Position numbers and translations under genes: made by a program
Notes under the pieces: generated by a model
Told to the model about the DNA's origin: nothing
The model's database searches: none
Seen by the model: only the letters and a program-made list of their open reading frames with translations
DNA from: Candidatus Kaiserbacteria bacterium
GTDB taxonomy: Bacteria > Patescibacteriota > Minisyncoccia > Phycocordibacterales > UBA2100
Length of the DNA stretch: 51,332 nt
NCBI GenBank assembly: GCA_016214605.1
Contig: JACROD010000018.1
Span: forward strand, 1 to 51,332
Reading direction: 5' to 3'
Shown here: one piece after another, positions 28,778-37,986 of the stretch
How positions within the stretch are numbered: position 1 is the first letter of the stretch
Layout of the letters: each line of letters opens with the position of its first letter

Positions 28778-31126
28778 TTATCGATCTGTCGCCGTGCACG
28801 CCGCGATGTCTTGTGCATACGCTTTCGCGTATTCTTCAAAATTCTTGTACGGATAGTTGGCGAGCCCGGTGGCGCGTGGAATGTCGGGCCTGACCGCAAA
28901 CCACGCGGCGAGCGCTTGCGCAAAATGCGACGGCTCGGCGATGGTCGCTCCCATAGAGCGCGCGACCCCGACATCGGTCGAGATCACGGGCTTGCCTGCG
29001 GCGAGCGCCTCGACGATCACCAGCCCATAGCCTTCGTAAAGCGACGGCACGAGCACGAGATCCGCGGTCGCATAATACGGCAGAGCGTCTTTTTCATTCT
29101 CAAAAAATACTTTATCAGCGATCTTGAGCATATGTGCCAGCGTCACCAGATGCCCGTGGTCGCTGCCGTCGCCGACCACGATGAGACATGCTTCGGCGGG
29201 CGCTACCTGTGCAAAGGCATGGATCGCAAGCGCGACGTTCTTCTCCGCTTCCAATCGCGCAACGACAAGAAGCTTATATTTGAATTGCGAGAACCGTAGC
29301 GACAATACTTCATCAGGCACGATATGCTTCATGCGCTCGATGTCTGCAAAGATCGGCAAGACAGTGATCGGTGTGCGTATCTTCCATTGCTCTTCCAAAC
29401 TTTTCTTGATGCGGTCTGACACGACACGGATCCGCGCGGCGCGCGGCAATACGATCCACGCGACAAACACGCGCACACGATTGAGCAGCGAATGCCGCGC
29501 ATAGGCCGGAGCGAGCAGATCGGTATGCACCTGTACATGGAATGGCACGCCCATCACGATCGCCATACACATACCCAAGAGTCCTGTCTCGAAAGGATCC
29601 TGTACCGAGATTGCGTCCGGTTTAGAGAGTCTGCGCGCGATACGTATGGTATCGAGTCCATAGAAAAGCCGCGACATCGAATTGGTGGGATAGATGTGGA
29701 CCTTGGGCGACGGGCTAAACGGCGCACACGTATCGCTCGCAAGTGAAAAACCAATGATGTCGAGTGAATCAAAATGCTCGCCATATCCGACTTGTCGCGC
29801 GACAGCTGGACTGTCGGGATACAGAATACCGCGCTTAGAACGATCAGCTCCGATCTGTAGGATCCGCAGGCCGGCCGGAACCGCACCATCGACCACAACA
29901 GTGGTATCGGCCGGTGCGAGGCTCGGCACCGCGGGTACATGTGCGGGAGCGACCGCCGCGATAATACTGTCGAAGATCGTCATGTGTTCATTCACGACCT
30001 TGTCCCAATCCTGATCAAAATGGATTGCGTTGAAATCGGCGGCGAATACCGCATATCGCCCGTCATCTGCCAACATCTTTAATTTTTCCGCAATGTCCTC
30101 GACCGACCGCGGATCGACCATGTCGGGCAGTTGATCATGCACGGGCAAATAATTTTCTTTGGTCACCAGCGCGGGCAACTTCATCTTGAGCGCCTCATAC
30201 ACCTGATTGGGCGATATATCGGTCCAGCTCGGCAGCACGTATGCGCGCGCATTTCTCACACGTCTGAGTGCATCCTCTTTGGACATGGCGGGCTCGACAT
30301 GGACGCGCCCCTCGAGATGCAGTTCTTTTATCAGATTCAGTAGGGGCGCTTTTTGCGGACCGTCGCCGATGATCGCGAGCGTGTATTCCGCGGGCAGTGC
30401 CGCCTGGCCGAATGCGCGGATGAGCGAATCGATATTTTTCATCACGATCAAACGGCCCCAATAGACGATCTCCTTGGAAGGCGCATCGCGCACCATCACA
30501 CCCGCATCGATATGCGGGATCGGATTATAGATCGTCGAAATCGCATCGGCATTGAGATTATAGTAACGCGCATAGAGCATGCGCTGCGCATCGGAATTGA
30601 AGACCACTTGGACGGCGCCGCGCAAAACGGCTCGTATCAGATAAAAAGCCGGCATGTAGACCATGCGAGCATAGAGGCGGTACTCATAAAAATCTTTGAG
30701 CGAAACCGGCGTCTGACCTGATTCGAGATACTTTTGTTCCCACAGATAATCCCCTCCTATGCGCACCACATAGGGCTTGTTCGTGATCCACGCGGCGATC
30801 GCCACAGGAAGCCCGGCGGCAAACCAGTCGAGCGTGTAGACCACATCACTGTCGTGTATAGCCATATACACTGCCAAGAAGAATTTGAGGCGGCCGAGTA
30901 TTTTGCCGAGCCCTGTCGTAGCTTTATGCGAAGCAGGGTTGCCACGTACGACGCGTACGAGCTTAAAATGGTACGCTGTATCCGTCTCAAAGTACTCGCG
31001 ATCGGAATATGTGATCACCGTCACCTTGTGTCCGAGCGCGACGAGCTTCGCCGCAAGCTGCGGCGTATAGGTGGCAGGCCCGCCGGACTCGGGCTCAAAG
31101 ATGCCAGTCGTGATCAAAATACGCAT
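28778..31126 (-). CDS. Tandem double GT4 glycosyltransferase
   Basis: Two GT-B units (GGPATY…ISPNQVYEAL; RLEAEKN…EGYGLVIVEALAAG) joined by an Ala/Pro linker. Confidence 0.9.
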   Translation of the reverse strand: MRILITTGIFEPESGGPATYTPQLAAKLVALGHKVTVITYSDREYFETDTAYHFKLVRVVRGNPASHKATTGLGKILGRLKFFLAVYMAIHDSDVVYTLDWFAAGLPVAIAAWITNKPYVVRIGGDYLWEQKYLESGQTPVSLKDFYEYRLYARMVYMPAFYLIRAVLRGAVQVVFNSDAQRMLYARYYNLNADAISTIYNPIPHIDAGVMVRDAPSKEIVYWGRLIVMKNIDSLIRAFGQAALPAEYTLAIIGDGPQKAPLLNLIKELHLEGRVHVEPAMSKEDALRRVRNARAYVLPSWTDISPNQVYEALKMKLPALVTKENYLPVHDQLPDMVDPRSVEDIAEKLKMLADDGRYAVFAADFNAIHFDQDWDKVVNEHMTIFDSIIAAVAPAHVPAVPSLAPADTTVVVDGAVPAGLRILQIGADRSKRGILYPDSPAVARQVGYGEHFDSLDIIGFSLASDTCAPFSPSPKVHIYPTNSMSRLFYGLDTIRIARRLSKPDAISVQDPFETGLLGMCMAIVMGVPFHVQVHTDLLAPAYARHSLLNRVRVFVAWIVLPRAARIRVVSDRIKKSLEEQWKIRTPITVLPIFADIERMKHIVPDEVLSLRFSQFKYKLLVVARLEAEKNVALAIHAFAQVAPAEACLIVVGDGSDHGHLVTLAHMLKIADKVFFENEKDALPYYATADLVLVPSLYEGYGLVIVEALAAGKPVISTDVGVARSMGATIAEPSHFAQALAAWFAVRPDIPRATGLANYPYKNFEEYAKAYAQDIAACTATDR
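30911..30938. repeat. REP-like imperfect palindrome inserted in frame in the GT4 gene
   Basis: CCCTGTCGTAGCTTTATGCGAAGCAGGG, encoding PASHKATTG. Confidence 0.6.
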
Positions 31127-31143
31127 TCCTCCACTATAACAAG

Positions 31144-31180
31144 AAAACGACCCCGTATCTCACGGGGCCGTTTTGTTTTT
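31144..31180. terminator. rpsP terminator
   Basis: AAAACGACCCCGT…ACGGGGCCGTTTT hairpin. Confidence 0.75.
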
Positions 31181-31188
31181 CATTTTAT

Positions 31189-31599
31189 TTATTCGGTGGC
31201 GACTTTCTCCTCTGCAGAATCCTCGGTCGTGGCCGGAGCGCTTTCGGTGATCTCTTCTTCGCGAGCCTCTTCGGCCTCGACAGCTTCGGCGATAGGAGCG
31301 GCAGCTTCCTCAGCCGGCTTTTCTGGAGCAACAAACTTCGGAAGGACGTTGATCTTCTTGCCGGAGATGATACCTGCATTGATGAGCATATTGTGCATAG
31401 TAGCGGATGGCTGAGCACCCTGGGAGATCCAGTATTTGATGCGGTCGGCATTGAGCATCTGCTCCTTGGTCTTGGGGTTGTAGTTGCCGACCTTCTCGAC
31501 GAAATTGCCCGTCTTGGGGCCGCGGGTGTGCTCGGTCACAATAACCCTATAACTAGGGCTATTAATACGCCCGACGCGCTGTAATCGAATCTTTAACAT
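31189..31599 (-). CDS. rpsP: 30S ribosomal protein S16 with acidic C-terminal tail
   Basis: MLKIRLQRVGR…YRVIV…VGNYNP…WISQGAQPS; promoter TTGACC-17-TACAGT. Confidence 0.97.
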   Translation of the reverse strand: MLKIRLQRVGRINSPSYRVIVTEHTRGPKTGNFVEKVGNYNPKTKEQMLNADRIKYWISQGAQPSATMHNMLINAGIISGKKINVLPKFVAPEKPAEEAAAPIAEAVEAEEAREEEITESAPATTEDSAEEKVATE

Positions 31600-31639
31600 A
31601 GTTGCGCCACTGTATCAGACTGGCCCCAAAAGGTCAATA

Positions 31640-31697
31640 TTGGTATAACATATTGGTATAACATTGGTATAACATTTGTAATAACGTTGGTATAACA
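31640..31697. repeat. Array of five 11-bp repeats TTGGTATAACA
   Basis: Exact copies at 31640, 31653, 31664 and 31687; degenerate copy at 31675. Confidence 0.9.
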
Positions 31698-31705
31698 TAT
31701 TGGGC

Positions 31706-31778
31706 AAAAAAGGAGACCCTAGCGGTTAAACTAGGGTCAAGTTGAGTGCCCGGACGACCTGGGCGGAAGAACAGGCAC
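31706..31778 (-). ncRNA. Candidate ~73-nt small RNA (or 13-aa leaderless peptide)
   Basis: TTGCAA-16-TATCAT promoter, 5' stem GUGCCUG/CGGGCAC, terminator GACCCUAG/CUAGGGUC followed by U6. Confidence 0.5.
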
Positions 31779-31854
31779 AAATTCATGATACGCCGATGAG
31801 GCTATTTTGCAAGCTGCCCCGCAAAACAAGCAGGCTTGTCGCGGGGCAGGTCCC

Positions 31855-34080
31855 CTATTTTGCCACCTTTTCTGCTTCGGCAAGCTTGACCGAGAGGAGC
31901 TTGGAGACGCCATCGGAGCTCATGGTCACACCATAGAGCTCGCCGGCGGCGGCCATGGTCGCGCGATTATGCGTGATGACGATGAGCTGGCTGTGTGCGC
32001 CCAAGATGCGGATCATGTCGGCATAGCGTTTGCTGTTGGCCTCATCGAGCGCGGCATCGGTCTCGTCGAGGATGAGGAACGGCGGCGGATTGACCTGCGA
32101 CATGGAGAAGATGAGCGCAATCGAAGTGAGCGCGCGCTCGCCGCCGGAGAGCACTTCGAGTCCGCGGACCTTCTTACGTGGGAGCGACACCGAGATCGAG
32201 AGGCCCGCATAGAGCGATTCTTCTTCGGGTATGGTCTCCCCGAGGTCTTCGTCGTCGAGATCGGCGGGGCCTGCCCCGTGGCGCGCTTCGCGCGCTTTAC
32301 GGGGCGTCTCTACGGTGAGCTTGGCCTCTCCCCCGCCAAAGAGCTTGGAGAAGAATTCGCCGAGTGCGACGTTGATGTGTTTGAGGCCCTCGGTAAAACG
32401 TTGGTCGATCGTCTTTTCGAGCTCGGCAATGATATCGCGCAAGGATGCGGCGGACGTCTCAAGATCAACAAGCTCTTTGGTGAGGAATTCGTCGCGTTGT
32501 TTGGTCTGGTTGAATTCCTTCACGACCGCATCGCTATTTCCTATACCCGCCTCTTCGATCTTGATCTTGAGCCGCTCCATCGCGCGGCGACGCCTCTCTT
32601 GGACCGAGCGATCCTCGCTGAGCGATCCTTGTGGGATCTCGCTACGCTGCCATCCGTGGACGGCCGCGCCAATCAGCGCGATCCCCTCGCGCACTTCTTC
32701 TTCGAATCGCTCGCGCGCGACCGCCACGGCCGCGCGCGAGTTTTGGACCATCGAGAGCTTGCTTTGCGCTTCACGCAATTGCGCTTCAAGCGCGATCACG
32801 TCGCGCTCGGCGACAAATCCCGATTCGCGGGCACGCGACAATTCTTGACGCAACATCTCAAGCTCTGCTGTTGCGGCAGTCTCTTGTTTTTGGATCTGTG
32901 CGAGCTGCGCCGAAAGATCAACAACATGCTGTGTGTGTGCGGTATCAGGTTTGTGCACTTTGTCGGCGAATCCTTCGATGAAGGATCGTATCCTGTCGCG
33001 CACTCGTTCAAGGACCAAGCGCACCTCACTGAGGTCTTCGGTGTCTTCGGCATCATCAAGCGCTTCTTCGATCTCGCGCGCGAAATCACGGGCTGAAGAT
33101 GCGGAAATACTTTCCGTCACCGTGACACTCACTGCTTCGAGTGCACCTTCGGCACGTCCGAGTTCGCGACTCACGCGCTCCCCTTCTTGACGCACCTGTG
33201 CAAGCGCATGCTCCGCACCGCGCAACTTGGATTGGATCTCGCTGACGACAGCGTCGTTGCCGCCCGTACGGCGAGCGCGTGCATCCTCCAGCGCACGGCC
33301 AGCATCGCGGATCTGTGTATCGTACACGCGCGCTTCGTCAAGAAGACGCGCGTCTTCCTGTGTGATCCACGCGTGCTCGCGCGCAAGATAGTCGTTTATC
33401 TGGTGCGCGAGCTCTTCGCGCAGTTCGCGCGCCTTCTCGAGTCTTTCGACCTGCATGCGCAGGAAATGCAGGTGCGGTCCGATCTCGCGGCGCAAAGACT
33501 TGGTCTTGTCGATATTGACCGCCGTCTCTTCGAGCTTGCGCTCGCTCTCGGCCTTTTTGTGTTGGTAGAGCTTGAGACCAAGCGCATCCTCTACCATTTC
33601 GCGCCGCTCCTTGGGGCTGGCATTCAAGATGCGATCGGCTTCGCCTTGCGAAATGATCTGATACCCCGACCCACCGATATTGGCGCCAGCGAGGAGGCGG
33701 ATCACATCCTTAAGGCGGACCTGCGTGCCGTTGAGCAGATACTCATTGGCCCCGTCGCGGTGCACGACGCGTTCGATCATCACCTCGGGAAAATCGATGT
33801 CGAGCAGACGCTTGGAATTATCAAACACAACTTTAACAGAGGCGCGGTTCGCCCGCGCAAGCGCGGGCGAACCGCCCCAAATGAGGTCTTCGCCTTTTTT
33901 GGAGCGGAGCGATTTCATCGACTGCTCGCCAAGCACGAAGCGGAAAGCCTCGGCGACGTTGGACTTGCCGCTACCATTGGGCCCAACGATCGACGCGATC
34001 GAGGAGGTGAACACAAGCTTTTCTTTCTTGCCGAAAGATTTGAAGCCCAAAAGCTCGATTGATTTCAAATACATTGCCAT
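31855..34080 (-). CDS. smc: SMC-family ATPase, short form without recognisable hinge
   Basis: GFKSF, GPNGSGKSN, ISQG, LSGGE and LDETDAALD motifs around a coiled coil; 741 aa. Confidence 0.93.
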   Translation of the reverse strand: MAMYLKSIELLGFKSFGKKEKLVFTSSIASIVGPNGSGKSNVAEAFRFVLGEQSMKSLRSKKGEDLIWGGSPALARANRASVKVVFDNSKRLLDIDFPEVMIERVVHRDGANEYLLNGTQVRLKDVIRLLAGANIGGSGYQIISQGEADRILNASPKERREMVEDALGLKLYQHKKAESERKLEETAVNIDKTKSLRREIGPHLHFLRMQVERLEKARELREELAHQINDYLAREHAWITQEDARLLDEARVYDTQIRDAGRALEDARARRTGGNDAVVSEIQSKLRGAEHALAQVRQEGERVSRELGRAEGALEAVSVTVTESISASSARDFAREIEEALDDAEDTEDLSEVRLVLERVRDRIRSFIEGFADKVHKPDTAHTQHVVDLSAQLAQIQKQETAATAELEMLRQELSRARESGFVAERDVIALEAQLREAQSKLSMVQNSRAAVAVARERFEEEVREGIALIGAAVHGWQRSEIPQGSLSEDRSVQERRRRAMERLKIKIEEAGIGNSDAVVKEFNQTKQRDEFLTKELVDLETSAASLRDIIAELEKTIDQRFTEGLKHINVALGEFFSKLFGGGEAKLTVETPRKAREARHGAGPADLDDEDLGETIPEEESLYAGLSISVSLPRKKVRGLEVLSGGERALTSIALIFSMSQVNPPPFLILDETDAALDEANSKRYADMIRILGAHSQLIVITHNRATMAAAGELYGVTMSSDGVSKLLSVKLAEAEKVAK

Positions 34081-34195
34081 TGCGCTTATTGTATCAAAAA
34101 AATGAGGTGCCTGAGACGGACCTGGACATACGTGGCTTATTGGTGTCTAATGGCGACGGAAGTTGAACACCCATGTCTTTTCCTTGGAGAGGGTC

Positions 34196-34453
34196 ATGAA
34201 AGAGGCGTATGCACAGCTGAGCATCGGACAGGCGCAAGATGCGATCCACACCATCATCCTCGAGGTCTACAAGGGGCCCAACCCGAGCAAAGAAAAGGTG
34301 AACGCCGCCCTTATGAATAGGTTTGGGATCAGGCTCCTCGAAAACGGATTCAGGGTCACTAAGATCGATAGGGGCAACGGAGATTTCGAAGTGCGGTGCA
34401 TTTTTAAAGCTCCTGCTCCTGATGGAAAGAGTTTTCTCGGGATATGGGTCTGA
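34196..34453 (+). CDS. Hypothetical protein
   Basis: GGAG SD before ATG 34196; ends at a shared hairpin. Confidence 0.5.
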   Translation: MKEAYAQLSIGQAQDAIHTIILEVYKGPNPSKEKVNAALMNRFGIRLLENGFRVTKIDRGNGDFEVRCIFKAPAPDGKSFLGIWV

Positions 34454-34470
34454 GGACCGCGCACAGAAAG

Positions 34471-34498
34471 AGCCGCCGTGTCTGCAGACGCGGCGGCT
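34471..34498. terminator. Bidirectional terminator hairpin
   Basis: AGCCGCCG…CGGCGGCT between convergent ORFs. Confidence 0.65.
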
Positions 34499-34522
34499 GA
34501 ATCTTTCTCCAAGAACAAAGCT

Positions 34523-34819
34523 CTACGCCACCAACCCCTTGGTCACGCACATCGACACAAAATCGATGAAAGCATCTTTCTGTGTCAGATCTTTGTGTAT
34601 TGCGTGATAACGCAAGAAGGCGTTCCAGATCGTCGACGCATCATCAGGAGTCTTGCTGAGAAAAGCTTCCATTTCCTCATCGCTGAAGAGCCGCTTTTCA
34701 GCCCACTCCCTCCATAGAGACGCACGAAGCTGGGGGATGTCGTTCGTACGTTCCCACACCCGCGTCGCGAGATTCTTGATGCTTAGATGTGCGGCAACCC
34801 TTTCTATAAATACCTCCAT
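34523..34819 (-). CDS. Hypothetical protein
   Basis: Purine-rich SD region; TTGACT-16-TATAAA upstream. Confidence 0.55.
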   Translation of the reverse strand: MEVFIERVAAHLSIKNLATRVWERTNDIPQLRASLWREWAEKRLFSDEEMEAFLSKTPDDASTIWNAFLRYHAIHKDLTQKDAFIDFVSMCVTKGLVA

Positions 34820-34920
34820 GGGTCTACCCTTTCCTGTTTCCTGTTTTTAACCGTATCTCGCCCCATTTATACATGCGACTCATGAGGAGTCAATGAAGTA
34901 TTCACCACGGGTGGAAAAAA

Positions 34921-35376
34921 TTATCGAACGATTTCAATCGGCGTCGTGCGCGGAATAGCGGATTCGGTCGTCGTTGCGATCACGTGCACACGGCCGTTTA
35001 CGTCTTGATATATAGAGTATCCCGTATTGGTTCCCGACCCCGCGATCGGATCGAATGGCAGCGCGGACAAATACATTGGAACGAGGCAGCCGAGTTCTCC
35101 GGAGGATGATCCAGAGGTCGTCATGATCGTCGTGGTACTTGGCGGCAATGCATTGCATCCACCAACTGCAAAGACTCCTTTGTTGTCGACCATTTTCTGA
35201 CCGACGGCATTGAGTATCGTCTGAATGTCGCTTTGTCGTTGCGCATCGCGCGCTTGTGCGAATTGTCGAGCAGGATTAATGGCCACCAGGACGATCCCCG
35301 CAAGGATCGCGATCAGACCGATCACGATTAATATTTCAATAAGAGTAAAACCCGCGCTTGGTTGTTTTGATATCAT
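34921..35376 (-). CDS. Type IV prepilin (probable major pilin)
   Basis: GFTLIEILIVIGLIAILAGIVLVAINP…ARDAQRQSD. Confidence 0.92.
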   Translation of the reverse strand: MISKQPSAGFTLIEILIVIGLIAILAGIVLVAINPARQFAQARDAQRQSDIQTILNAVGQKMVDNKGVFAVGGCNALPPSTTTIMTTSGSSSGELGCLVPMYLSALPFDPIAGSGTNTGYSIYQDVNGRVHVIATTTESAIPRTTPIEIVR

Positions 35377-35599
35377 GCGCGCATTTATAGCATACTCATC
35401 TACCCAAGGCGAGTTTCTGATAATCAAGAACCTCGGTACAAAGCACCGAGGTATGAATGCGGGTGCGATGAGGGGTTAAAAGACCGATGCAAAGCACTGA
35501 GGTATGGGGAATACAATCACCCGACATCATTATCTCCCACATACATGTATTCTATGCTATAGCATAAGATACGTGTATACGGGAACAAACAGCAAAATG

Positions 35600-36058
35600 C
35601 TATGGGACGATACACGTCGGTCCGGAATACACGCTTACCTCGCTCCAGCTGGTCACCAAAAAATTCTCGGTGGTGAGGGATCCTTTGACCTGCACGTTCG
35701 AGTATGCGCCATTGATCACCGCACGCGTAGTGATCGAATATTCACTGCCCCTCAAAACGACCGAACAGATCTTGCATACTCTTTCGGCTCTCGGCGTACC
35801 GCAGATATCGGACGCGCTTATGCATTCACCGCCGGAAGCAGGTACGTAGTCGGCATCCTGTGCGATCTTCAATATCGCCATATTCGCGCAAGTCTCGGCG
35901 AGGTCCAGACTCGCCCGCTTGCTCTCAGTATCAAACGTATCAAACCGATCGAAGAACGACGCGATACCGAGCGTGAATATGAGCATCAGTAAGATCGCCG
36001 AAATGACGATGACAGACATGAGAGCGACAAACCCGCGCTGTGATGATCGGTCGTTCAT
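35600..36058 (-). CDS. Minor pilin, PilX/GspK-like
   Basis: QRGFVALMSVIVISAILL (no Glu5), LAETC. Confidence 0.8.
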   Translation of the reverse strand: MNDRSSQRGFVALMSVIVISAILLMLIFTLGIASFFDRFDTFDTESKRASLDLAETCANMAILKIAQDADYVPASGGECISASDICGTPRAERVCKICSVVLRGSEYSITTRAVINGAYSNVQVKGSLTTENFLVTSWSEVSVYSGPTCIVP

Positions 36059-36060
36059 GT

Positions 36061-36552
36061 TTACTTCCGTATATAGCGCGTCGTCGACGCCGACTGCGTA
36101 ATGTTCATTCCATTGGAGATCTTCGTGCTTGCCGTTATATGCATCTCGACACCCTCAACACCCGATCCCACACCGACGCGCACGAACGAAAGATCCCCGA
36201 CCGTCACGTTCGTATTGTTCAGTCTATCGGCGTTGATGTACACGTCACTACCCGTGGTACTGACGGTCAGATGGGTCGAATCGTATCGAGTGATCGCCAG
36301 AGTATGCTTGGAAAGATCCACGCCTGAAGCGCCGTCTAAAGCCCACGCGATCTTTGCCAGAATAAACTTCTCTTCTTCCTGCAACATCGCCTTGGTCTGG
36401 TTGCGGTCGACCGACTCCAGTAGCACATACGCGGCGGATACAAGGCCGCCGATGATGAGTGTAAAAAGTCCGATATAAACGAGAGTCTCAATCAGGGTAA
36501 ATCCTGCCCGCGAGCACATGCTGTTATGTTGTGTATTCATAGTCATGATCAA
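36061..36552 (-). CDS. Minor prepilin (PilW/GspJ-like)
   Basis: AGFTLIETLVYIGLF. Confidence 0.88.
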   Translation of the reverse strand: MIMTMNTQHNSMCSRAGFTLIETLVYIGLFTLIIGGLVSAAYVLLESVDRNQTKAMLQEEEKFILAKIAWALDGASGVDLSKHTLAITRYDSTHLTVSTTGSDVYINADRLNNTNVTVGDLSFVRVGVGSGVEGVEMHITASTKISNGMNITQSASTTRYIRK

Positions 36553-37985
36553 TAAAATATACGGAGTGCATCGTCGGTTCTACTTGCAATGTAAACCCTG
36601 TTATTGCTGTATCGAATGCCGTTTGCAACCGGACCAGGAACATCGGAGACCGTATGTGCACCTGTAAGCGCATCGGGATCCGAATCATACACCTGGAACC
36701 CTTGGTGTGCCTTGGTCGTGGAGAGAAAGGCGAAGCGTCCGCTCACGGCGAGCCCGATCACTCCTGCACCAATATTTTGCTGGCCGATCATACGCAGACC
36801 GTTCCATGGCGTCTTGGCATCAAAGACGAAGAGTTCCGATGCGCCACCGGAGAGCCTCCCTAGGTACAAGTCATCTCCGCGCAGATACACGCTTGCACCA
36901 TCCTGATTTCCCGGTACATTCTGATCCGCGAAGATGATCTCCGCGATCGCCGCAGGATTCGTGATATCGAGTACCGTAAGCTCTGCTGCATTCTTGTCGG
37001 TCGCGAGATATGCATAGTAATGATCCGATCCGGCATACAACTTCTTGGTGATGACCATACTTTCCACCGTCCTATTGATCGCATACCCATTACCGAGTTC
37101 AACGGGTGCAGATGGTGTCGATACGTCGAAAATGTGAAACTCGCTGCCGGCGGTCTCGCGCGTCGTGATATACAACCGTGTATCGTAATAGTACACGCGA
37201 AATCCTTCCGGGAATGAACCGCTGACATTTGCCAAGGTGCTTGAAGCAACAAGAACAGGGTCATTAATGTCGGTCACATCTATGACACGAAGTTGTTTGG
37301 TCGAAGAATTCGCTGCGACAAATGCATATACAGAACCATTGATCCTAGCGACACGAATATCATTGAGTTGGACTCCGGCGTCAAAAGTCCCCGTGTTTAC
37401 AAAGAGTCCGCTGTTTTGTCCGAGCGTGGCATATGTCGTACTCGCAATAAATAGATAGGGCGCATGATCTCCGGTCATGTACACCGATCCTTGAAACACA
37501 TCGATCCCCGTCGGCTTGCCAGTGTCAAAATTACTCGAAGCGAACAATGCAGGCGGATCCCATTCGCCTATCGGCGGCGACATATCGCATCCGCCGCCAA
37601 GAGCAAACATCTGCGGCACATCGACAACAGTGGTCGTAGCGTCAACACTCAGCATGCGCCCATACGCACCCGCCCACGATACACTGACAGTGACGACTTC
37701 ACTGCACTGCGCCGCATAAGCGACGGGAGTGGCAACCCTCTTCTGATAGCAAAATCCGTCTCTACACTCGATCGCGGTACTTGACGCATTCGCAGGATAC
37801 TCCCCGCGTGATTCAGCATTGATTTGTTCGGTCAGATCCTGCGATTGACGCATGGCTTCGGCGCCAATCTCACTATCACTGATCGTCAAACCAAATCCGC
37901 CGGAAGCCGAGACCGCACCACTGATCACCATGACCGCAAGCGCCATCGCGATGAGAACTTCAATGATAGAAAGACCGCGATTCAT
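36549..37985 (-). CDS. Prepilin-like protein with LVIVD-type beta-repeat C-terminal domain (putative tip adhesin)
   Basis: RGLSIIEVLIAM; repeats QLRVIDVTD, EFHIFDVST, ELTVLDITN, ELFVFDAK. Confidence 0.8.
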   Translation of the reverse strand: MNRGLSIIEVLIAMALAVMVISGAVSASGGFGLTISDSEIGAEAMRQSQDLTEQINAESRGEYPANASSTAIECRDGFCYQKRVATPVAYAAQCSEVVTVSVSWAGAYGRMLSVDATTTVVDVPQMFALGGGCDMSPPIGEWDPPALFASSNFDTGKPTGIDVFQGSVYMTGDHAPYLFIASTTYATLGQNSGLFVNTGTFDAGVQLNDIRVARINGSVYAFVAANSSTKQLRVIDVTDINDPVLVASSTLANVSGSFPEGFRVYYYDTRLYITTRETAGSEFHIFDVSTPSAPVELGNGYAINRTVESMVITKKLYAGSDHYYAYLATDKNAAELTVLDITNPAAIAEIIFADQNVPGNQDGASVYLRGDDLYLGRLSGGASELFVFDAKTPWNGLRMIGQQNIGAGVIGLAVSGRFAFLSTTKAHQGFQVYDSDPDALTGAHTVSDVPGPVANGIRYSNNRVYIASRTDDALRIFY

Positions 37986-37986
37986 A

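Noticed and set aside
31640-31697. CRISPR array or DnaA-box cluster
   Set aside because: Units are 11 bp with no spacers and do not match TTWTNCACA.
31706-31850. SRP (4.5S) RNA near rpsP
   Set aside because: Lacks the conserved helix-8 GGAA tetraloop/AGCAG motif.
31807-34062. Long plus-strand ORFs (429 and 291 aa)
   Set aside because: Antisense shadows of smc in GC-rich DNA.
35480-35530. c-di-GMP-I riboswitch (GATGCAAAGC)
   Set aside because: Wrong strand for the pilin gene and no upstream GGCAAAC/GNRA stem.
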